Shown here piece by piece: positions 1-6,527 of a stretch of 32,000 bases of DNA. Source of the DNA: Bathycoccus prasinos (taxonomy: Eukaryota). The notes under the pieces are model-generated. The model did not search any database. It had not been told where the DNA came from and saw only the letters and a list, made by a program, of their open reading frames with translations. The position numbers were made by a program, and so were the translations under genes. The first letter of the stretch is position 1, and each line of letters starts with the position of its first letter. The DNA is taken from assembly GCA_002220235.1 (NCBI GenBank), contig FO082266.1; one strand, written 5' to 3'.

Positions 1-1546
1 GCGCGAACGTCCATGTGATCGCCCGGGTGCACAAAGAACGCTTCAAAGTGCGAACGGAAGCATCGAGGTTGCACCGCCGCCATCGCCACGGCGTTTTTCA
101 ACAGCACGTGTTGACACTCCGGTTTCGTTCTCGCCGCGAACACCAACGCTCTCGTCGCTCTGGGAACGTCCGCGATCGGCGCCAAGTAAAAGTGCAACGA
201 CGCCACCGCCAACACGACGCCGGCGTTCTGTGATTGAAGCAAAGGTCGCGTACACCTCAACAACAACCTGTGGTCGTCGTCCAAAAACTCCGGTCCTTGA
301 TTCACCGGTCCTCTTTTCTTCGACGCTTTCGTCGTCGTCTTTTTTTTGCGGGAATTGGAATCGTCCGAATCTGAACTGCTCGAAGAATCGTCGTCGGAGT
401 CTTCCTCGTCGTCGTCGTAAAAGTTAGCCGCTTGCGCCAAGATCCCCTTCGTCCCGCCCGTATCGTGTCGATCGTAGCCTGACGCACCTCCACCGTTCCC
501 ATCCACGTCGTTAAAACCGGCAATATCCAACATCTCCTCGTTACTTTCGTTATCTTTACCGACGTTTAACTCGCGATTAAACCCGTCTGGCGGTAAAAAC
601 TGCGTCCTCGCGTACCTCAACAAAAGCTCGCACGTCAACATCTGTCCCCACTCGTCGATGTCCACCAAAATCCTCGCCAACTTCCGGTAGTGTCTGTGCA
701 ATAAATCAATTCTGTGCGGGCACACTTCTTGAAACGCCGCAATCGCGCTCGACAAAACGAACGGCGTCGAATCTCTCAACATAGTTTCAATAACCTCCAC
801 GAAATCATCCGCTCTCGACGGATCCAACCGAAAAATCTTCGGAATCGCGTGCGCCGCCGCCTTCCTCACGTGCGGCGACACGTCCACCGCGCACTTCCTT
901 ATCGCCAAAACCACCACCGGCACGATCACTTTCACTCGAATGCTCGACATCACTCTCAGCGCCGCCGCTCGCACTCGTGCGTTTTGGTGCGCCAAATCCT
1001 TCTGAAACGAGTTAATCGATAACAACGCCTCGTCCGGTTTCTGCTCCGCCGTTCGCACTAAAAACATATACACTAAAGCTTTCACTTCAAAGCTCTCCGT
1101 CACGATGTTTACCACGACCGAGGGGAAAAAATGTGACACGTCTCGCCCGGTCGACATCATCGCGATGAGTTGCTTCAAGCCTTCCAATTTCGTCCGTGTG
1201 TTGGAATCTCGTAATTTTTCATTTAACGCTCGCGTTTCTTCCGCGATCTGTTGTGGTTGTTTTTGCATTCAGGTTCGTATTTTCGCGTAAAATCGAAAGA
1301 GAATGAGAGAGAGACGAGTTTGGGTGAGTTCGCGGAGGAGAAAGAAGACGAAGAAGACACAGAAGCCGGAACGTGATTACACCGGAGACGCGAGAGATAA
1401 TTGGAGGAGACGCGGACGAAGAGAAAATTCGATCGACAGAAACTCTTCTGAAACGTTTGTTTGTGTGTTATGTGTTAAAAAAAAGTATAACGTACCTGCG
1501 CGTCGTCGACGAACTTGCTGTTCCCGTACCCGGCGGCGATGGCCAT
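1..1546 (-). CDS. AP3B: AP-3 adaptor complex beta subunit (beta3-adaptin), N-terminal ~430 aa; CDS continues past window position 1
   Basis: The minus-strand frame is open from 1268 to the window edge. It is missing from the ORF track because no stop is reached. My translation reads ...LEGLKQLIAMMSTGRDVSHFFPSVVVNI..ALVYMFLVRTAEQKPDEALLSINSFQKDL..RVRAAALRVMSSIRV..VRKAAAHAIPKIF..LVDIDEWGQMLTCELLLRYARTQF..FYDDDEEDSDDD..LDDDHRLLLRCTRPLLQSQNAGVVLAVASLHFYLAP. This follows the AP-3 beta trunk block by block, including the acidic insert before LDxDHRLLL. Two start models exist. The preferred one is a 17-codon exon 1496..1546 (MAIAAGYGNSKFVDDAQ) spliced to 1247 across a 248-nt intron (1248..1495) bounded by GTACGTTA...CAACAG, the same motif as the VDAC introns. 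The alternative is ATG 1268, which has a TGA immediately upstream. Confidence 0.85.
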
Positions 1547-1645
1547 GGTTTCTTTTTCTTTTAATGAAGTGTGTTGTTTGTGTGTGTCCGCGCGCGAGAA
1601 AACAGTGAGGGAATTCAATTCACGAGAAAAGGACGCTGTTGAAAA

Positions 1646-1665
1646 TTTAGGGTGTAGGGTTTAGG
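1646..1665. repeat. Interstitial telomere-type repeat TTTAGGG-TG-TAGGG-TTTAGG
   Basis: Read directly. It lies ~100 nt upstream of the AP3B exon-1 ATG (1546). Confidence 0.8.
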
Positions 1666-1818
1666 AAGCAAAGCTTGCGTCGAAAACGAACGGAGGAGGT
1701 AATAGAAGGAGTAGAGTAGAACTGGTTTTACCGTCGGTAGTAAGTGTGTAAAATAATATAGTAACAAGGGGTGGTGGTGTACTGGTTGGAGTCGCAGCAG
1801 CAGAGCGAGTTTACCGTT

Positions 1819-1950
1819 CTCTCTCTCTCTCTCTCTTCTCGTCTCTTCTCGTCTCTCTCGCGCTTTCGCGTCACTTCCTTAACTCTTCTTCTTTTTCTCT
1901 GTTTTTTCCTAAGTTTCCTCTCTCTCTCTCTTTCTATTTCTTTCCTTTCA
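1819..1950. repeat. (CT)9 microsatellite (1819..1836) within a ~130-nt polypyrimidine tract (GA-rich on the VDAC sense strand, likely its 3' UTR)
   Basis: Read directly. Confidence 0.8.
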
Positions 1951-2011
1951 AAACTCTCTACTGCGTCGTCTCAAAACGCCTCGTCGTGAAGGAAAAAAGT
2001 TCGTAAGATTT

Positions 2012-3674
2012 TTACGCCTTGGTCGCGAGCTGTACGCCGTACTTATATTTTAACTGTTGTTGTTGTCGTTGCGAGAAAGAGCGCAAAACGGAGGAGGAGA
2101 GAAGGTTATTTTGGTCAGATGGAATATCATTCGATGATAACACTACGACTTTCGCGGCGTTTTCATCTCGAATACGACGAAAAATAAAAAAGAGCGACAA
2201 ATAGGACGAGGACAACGAAAGAAGAGTCGCCGTTTTTAGTGTGCGGCGCTTATTATGACGCTCGAGCATTGGGGGTATCAATCCCGCGCAAACGAATCTT
2301 CGAGCGACACTGGAGAATACTATCGGCGATACGCGCGGCAACCATCCGAGAAGAGCGTTACCCCCAGCGATTGTTTGACTAGCGTAGCCTTGAAATCTCT
2401 CTTGAAATCTCTCTTGAAATCTCTCTCTTTTAATAAGTGAGAAATAAAGAGACTCAAATCGACAAAATACGAACGAGAAAGAAAGACGAGAGAACAAAAA
2501 AGAACGCACCGCTTTATCTACTTGCACCGCAACCGTCGTCGTCGTCTTCGGCAAGACCGAAGTGACAAAGTTCGCGGAAACGACCGGGTCAAAGCTCTTC
2601 TTCACCGGGTTCACCACCACGCACTTCACCGAGTGCCCGCCGCCAAGCTTCTTCGCGTACGCCAAAGACGCCTTGACGTCGCCCCCAGCCTTCCCATCGA
2701 CGGCGACACCAACCGTCTCCCCAGCGCCAACACCGTTCACCGCCGCAACTTGATACGCGTCCAATTTCATCGTCGTCTTCGCGGAGTACATAACATCGCC
2801 AACCTTGCACTGCGCGGCAAACGACGTCGCGCCGATACCGCCAGCTTTCGAAATCGCCGTCTCAACCCCCATGGCCCCCGGACCGGAAACGTAGCACGCG
2901 GACAACGTTCCTTTCAATTGCTTCGTGATTTCACTCTTCACGCCAACTTGGCCAATCAACGTCGAGTTGGACAACTTCAAGCCATCCAACGGGTTGCTCA
3001 AAGAAGAAACCGTCGCTTGCGTCGTCGAATCCTTCGCGTTGTACTTCACCGTCCCTTTCGAGAAGCCAGATTTCGAGAGCTCCACCTCGCCGGTGATCGC
3101 GTCCACGACGTACGAGGTCGTCAACGTGCCCGTCGGAGTGTCCGCGTTTTTGATCGAAGCCGAGATTGACTGTTATATTTTTATGTGTGTGTGTGTGTGT
3201 GTTCATCACAGGTTGAAAGAGAGAGAAAGAGTGCGCGCGTGAGAAAACGTTCGTTTTGTTCGTTTTTCCTCATCAGGGCTTTTTCGACCGAGAGGCACCG
3301 GAGCAAAAATCTTTCGATGTTTCGATCTCTCGTCCGATGATGATTCGAACGCAAAGAAAGCCGCGAGTCTCTCTCGAGATCTGATAAAAACGAGAGACGA
3401 GGATAAAAAACGTACCCCGCCGGAGATTGGTTTCGCGTCCAAGGAGAATTTGTTTTCGTAGGACAAAGCGCCGGTGAATAAATCTGTTTTTTAGAAGAAA
3501 ATGATGAGAGAAAGAACGGTGAGACACCACGTCGAGATCCTCCCTTGAAAGAGGAGATGAGATCACGCGCTTTTGTTTGCGCAGAAAAGAGTATACTTTA
3601 CTAAAAAGAAAACGAACGAATGAAACAAACGTACCTTTAGCGCCTTTCGCGATGTCTGGATAGTATTTCGCCAT
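2012..3674 (-). CDS. VDAC: Mitochondrial outer-membrane porin (VDAC), 4 coding exons: 3635..3674, 3416..3483, 2510..3169, 2012..2053 (269 aa)
   Basis: Spliced by hand. Exon 1 MAKYYPDIAKGAK(G/) ends at a GTACGTTT donor. Exon 2 (D)LFTGALSYENKFSLDAKPISGG ends at a GTACGTTT donor. Exon 3 runs SISASIKNADTPTGTLTTSYVV...VLPKTTTTVAVQVDKA and ends at a GTGCGTTC donor. Exon 4 is LKYKYGVQLATKA*. All phases are consistent and all acceptors are AACAG-type. The N-terminus matches plant VDAC (GKKARDLLYKDY..KFS). The C-terminus matches ...ISGEVDTKSIDKSAKVGLALALKP. The alternating beta-strand pattern is present throughout. Confidence 0.85.
2389..2424. repeat. Perfect 3 x 12-nt tandem repeat CTTGAAATCTCT inside VDAC intron 3
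   Basis: Copies at 2389..2400, 2401..2412 and 2413..2424 are identical. Confidence 0.95.
3184..3201. repeat. (TG)9 microsatellite in VDAC intron 2
   Basis: Read directly. Confidence 0.95.
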
Positions 3675-3718
3675 TCTTGTCTTAAATATGTGTGTATTTG
3701 TCGATGCGTGCGTGTCAC

Positions 3719-3855
3719 CTGTGTACGTCGAGGGGGATTTTTGATGAGAGAAGTGGAAGGAAGGCGAGCAACGTTCCGATTTTTAGGACGAGAGATTTAG
3801 AGGAGGAAACGACTTCGCGCCTTGAAAGAAAAGAAAGCGCGAGAATGAAACGTAC
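3719..3855 (-). other. Candidate 5'-UTR intron of VDAC (137 nt)
   Basis: On the minus strand GAG|GTACGTTTC sits at 3855 and ACACAG|G at 3719. These are the same boundary motif as the four coding introns, and both lie upstream of the VDAC ATG (3674). The putative upstream exon contains no ATG. Confidence 0.4.
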
Positions 3856-4131
3856 CTCTCTCTCTCTTCTTCTTCCTCGGACGAGAGGATGTAAAAGTTT
3901 TTAAGGCGTGTGCGTGTGAGTGCGAGTCGACGCGTGTATTTCTGCAGATTTTCTGAATGCACGGGACGATGAGTTTCTGTTTCGAGAGGGGAACGGACTG
4001 ACGGTGCCACTTTGGTGATATAAAAAAGAGTGAAAAAAATGCAGTTTTTCTGATTCCGTTCGATTCCCTCTCTCGCACATAAAAGACAACAACACGCGGA
4101 AGAAAAAAGATTGCATCTTTCCACAAATACT

Positions 4132-4974
4132 ATGAGCGGCAGGAGCAGCATCGTCGGCGTCCGCTGCATCGCGACTTCTTCTTCCTCGTTCGGCGCGAAA
4201 AGAAGAAGACGAGGACAACGAAAAAGCACCGGCTGTGTGTGCGGGTTTTTGCGAAACGGAACAACAACAACAACACCTTTAACAGAAAGAAGAAGATTTA
4301 GGAGAAAAGCGGTTGGAGATGTGATGATGATGAGAAGCGCTGCTGCCGAAGACGAGAAAGAAAAAACAGCGCTGGTTCCAATCGCGAACGGGTCGGAGGA
4401 AATGGAAGCGACGATCATTATTGACGTTTTAAGAAGAGCGGGAGTGCACGTGACCGTGGCATCGTGCGAGGATGATTTGGTGTGCGAAATGTCCAGAAAA
4501 GTTTGCATTAGAGCGGATTGTTTGATACAAGAGGTGGTTGTTGACGACGGGGAAAAGAACAACAGTAGGAGTAGTTTCGACGCGATCGTGGTCCCAGGCG
4601 GGATGCCAGGCGCGGAACGGTTAGCGGAGAACGCTTCGTTAGACGCGCTTTTGAAGAGACAGAAAGAAGAGAAGAAACTGATCGCGGCGATGTGCGCGGC
4701 GCCGGCGGTGGTGTTGCTCGGGAAAAATTTACTCGAAGAGGCGAGCGAGGCGACGGCGCATCCGGCGTTTGATTTAGGCGAAGCGTTTGCGAAGGATAAG
4801 AAGAAGAGGGTGTGTTATTCAAAAGCATCGAACGGTCAGGTGGTGATTACCTCTCAAGGACCGGGGACGGCGATTGAGTTTGCGCTGGCGTTGGTGAAGG
4901 AGTTGTGCGGCGAAGAGAAACGAAAAGAAGTCGCCGGGCCGATGTGCGTCCCCGAGGACGTTTTGATGGGGTAA
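4132..4974 (+). CDS. DJ-1/PfpI (ThiJ) family protein with an R/S-rich N-terminal presequence
   Basis: ORF 4111..4974, trimmed from its TTG to the first ATG at 4132. The core reads ALVPIANGSEEMEATIIIDVLRRAG..FDAIVVPGGMPGAERL..KLIAAMCAAPAVVL (nucleophile-elbow Cys) ..VITSQGPGTAIEFALALV, which is typical of DJ-1. The first ~70 aa are basic and hydroxylated, resembling an organelle-targeting peptide. Confidence 0.85.
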   Translation: MSGRSSIVGVRCIATSSSSFGAKRRRRGQRKSTGCVCGFLRNGTTTTTPLTERRRFRRKAVGDVMMMRSAAAEDEKEKTALVPIANGSEEMEATIIIDVLRRAGVHVTVASCEDDLVCEMSRKVCIRADCLIQEVVVDDGEKNNSRSSFDAIVVPGGMPGAERLAENASLDALLKRQKEEKKLIAAMCAAPAVVLLGKNLLEEASEATAHPAFDLGEAFAKDKKKRVCYSKASNGQVVITSQGPGTAIEFALALVKELCGEEKRKEVAGPMCVPEDVLMG

Positions 4975-5110
4975 TCATCGTCGTTATCATCATCATCGTC
5001 ATCATCGTCATCATTAGTAGTAACAACGACAACAACAACAAGAACCATCATCCAAGTGTAAAATTATATAGTACGTGTGTGTGCATTAAAAAAACTCTCT
5101 CTCCCTTTTA

Positions 5111-6292
5111 TTACGCCTTCTCCTCTCTCTTTTCTACGACGCTGTTTGATACCATCTTATTCCTGCTATTAATATTTCTGCTGCTATTACTGATCGTCGA
5201 CGTCGACGTCGTCGTTCTCTCTTCGAAGCCTTTCACGACGCAATCCAAAACGCCTTCGCACGATCTCTCGCCTTCCAAATCCTGTCCCGAAGCGATGATC
5301 AAATCGCACTCCTGCGCGTCGTCGTTTACGTCGACGTTATTCTCTCCGTTCTTCGTGTTCTCATCATTTTCAATACCGTCGCAAACTTCCTGCGCTTTCT
5401 TCTGCACTCTTACGCTCGAATTCGCTCTCAACAGATTTCCTGGTTTCTGGCAAAAACTCATCGTTTTCACGTGTTCCAACTCGTCGTTTCGTACGTTTTC
5501 AATCACGTCGTACATGTTTTTAATCTTCGGCCTTCGTATGTTCGTCGCTTTGTTCAAACCCTCGTACACGTTCGTTTGAAACTCATCGAACAGATATAAA
5601 TCGCCGAGCTGAAAATAACTCACCGCTACCCCACACGCCGGCGTTTGTTTCAACTCCTCTTCCTTCCTCTTTAAAAAGTCATCGTACGTCGCGTACGCGT
5701 GCTCTTCGACTTGTTCGCTCAAATTATACGCCATCCTCGGGCTCACCATGTAAATCAAAACCGCCACCCAAAAGTACACCACGGCCACGTGCTGCGCGAA
5801 AAATCTATCCTTGAACGAATCCGCCCCGCCCATAGCTTCCATGATCAACAAGTGATGGTACTCGTTCATCGTCTCCGCGAAGTGCACCTTGAGATAATCC
5901 GCCCTTCGCCACCACCCGAACGATTCGTACAAGTGCAGCACCGAGAGGAAAGAGAAATACGGCACTCGAGCGATCGTCTCGAGCGCGTAAAAGCGAGGGT
6001 AATCTCGCCCTTCGTATAACTTATCGATCACGAATACCGCGGAATCGACGATGAGTTTGTTCGCCTGGCGTTCCAAGGAAATCAAAGGCCCCTCCGGTAA
6101 CGGCTTGGGAGGGGTGTACAACTTTTCCTGAGACGACGACGCTTTCACGACAACAGCAACGCTTTTATTGTTGTTGTTTTTACAGTCGTTGCCACCGCGA
6201 CGCCATCTTCTCCCGTTCTCGTCTGTTCTCCTCGAACGAGAGAAGGATGAAGCGGAGGCACTTTTTCCAATGGACAAACAAACGGTTCTCAT
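5111..6292 (-). CDS. PTOX: Plastid terminal oxidase (PTOX/IMMUTANS-type di-iron quinol oxidase)
   Basis: The sequence RFYALETIARVPYFSFLSVLHLYESFGWWRRADYLKVHFAETMNEYHHLLIME..SPRMAYNLSEQVEEHAYATYDDFL..GDLYLFDEFQT..RRPKIKNMYDVIENVRNDELEHVKTMSFCQ carries the LET, NE(x)HH, EEH and DELEH iron-ligand motifs. The plant-like C-terminal CEGVLDCVVKG motif is present. The N-terminus looks like a transit peptide. Confidence 0.9.
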   Translation of the reverse strand: MRTVCLSIGKSASASSFSRSRRTDENGRRWRRGGNDCKNNNNKSVAVVVKASSSQEKLYTPPKPLPEGPLISLERQANKLIVDSAVFVIDKLYEGRDYPRFYALETIARVPYFSFLSVLHLYESFGWWRRADYLKVHFAETMNEYHHLLIMEAMGGADSFKDRFFAQHVAVVYFWVAVLIYMVSPRMAYNLSEQVEEHAYATYDDFLKRKEEELKQTPACGVAVSYFQLGDLYLFDEFQTNVYEGLNKATNIRRPKIKNMYDVIENVRNDELEHVKTMSFCQKPGNLLRANSSVRVQKKAQEVCDGIENDENTKNGENNVDVNDDAQECDLIIASGQDLEGERSCEGVLDCVVKGFEERTTTSTSTISNSSRNINSRNKMVSNSVVEKREEKA

Positions 6293-6527
6293 GACGTGAT
6301 GTTTTGAAGCGCACTACGCGGCGCGAAAACTCTTTCTTCGATCGGTCGAAAGAAAGAAATCGCGGTCGAGGAACAAAGAGAGAGTTTGAGAGTTTGAAAG
6401 AGTTGATTACGTGGCTTTAAATTGCGCTTAAAAAAAGTTGCGTGTATGTTTGCGTGAGAATTCTGGAGATATTTTCCGTAAGATTGGACTTTTCCCCTCA
6501 GTACACAACTCCCCGCGCAAAAGAGAG

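Noticed and set aside
2270-2366. 8-bp inverted repeat TGGGGGTA / TACCCCCA enclosing 81 nt, plus an inner CCGCGC/GCGCGG pair, within VDAC intron 3. Considered as a possible structured RNA or tRNA-like element.
   Set aside because: Dozens of 8-bp inverted repeats within 150 nt are expected by chance in 32 kb. The interior shows no tRNA D/T-loop motifs and no H/ACA boxes that I can recognise.
3783-4562. Long ORFs antisense to, or out of frame with, identified genes. Examples: 3783..4562(-), 4905..5579(+), 11413..12132(+), 18494..19210(-), 19373..20008(-), 20018..20536(-), 22790..23626(-), 24704..25420(+).
   Set aside because: Each overlaps an ORF with strong family-level homology on the other strand or frame. 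Their translations are S/L/F/R-rich or homopolymeric, typical of reading low-complexity, stop-poor coding DNA in the wrong frame.
4975-5045. ATC/GTC/AAC trinucleotide run after the DJ-1 stop. It encodes poly-Asp or poly-Met/Thr in the minus frames (ORFs 4847..5041 and 4854..5051).
   Set aside because: It lies in the 136-nt convergent spacer between the DJ-1 and PTOX stops. It is a microsatellite-like 3' UTR sequence, not a gene.
6438-6527. N-terminal extensions in the ORF track that begin at TTG/GTG (6438, 4111, 12512, 14160, 17387, 22083, 25866, 29670).
   Set aside because: The locus is eukaryotic, so I used the first in-frame ATG. The extensions contain no ATG and look like UTR translations. 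One example is MLFIFCVHVCVFDLFF upstream of USP39; another is the poly-Gly from (GGA)8 upstream of the TraB-like ATG.
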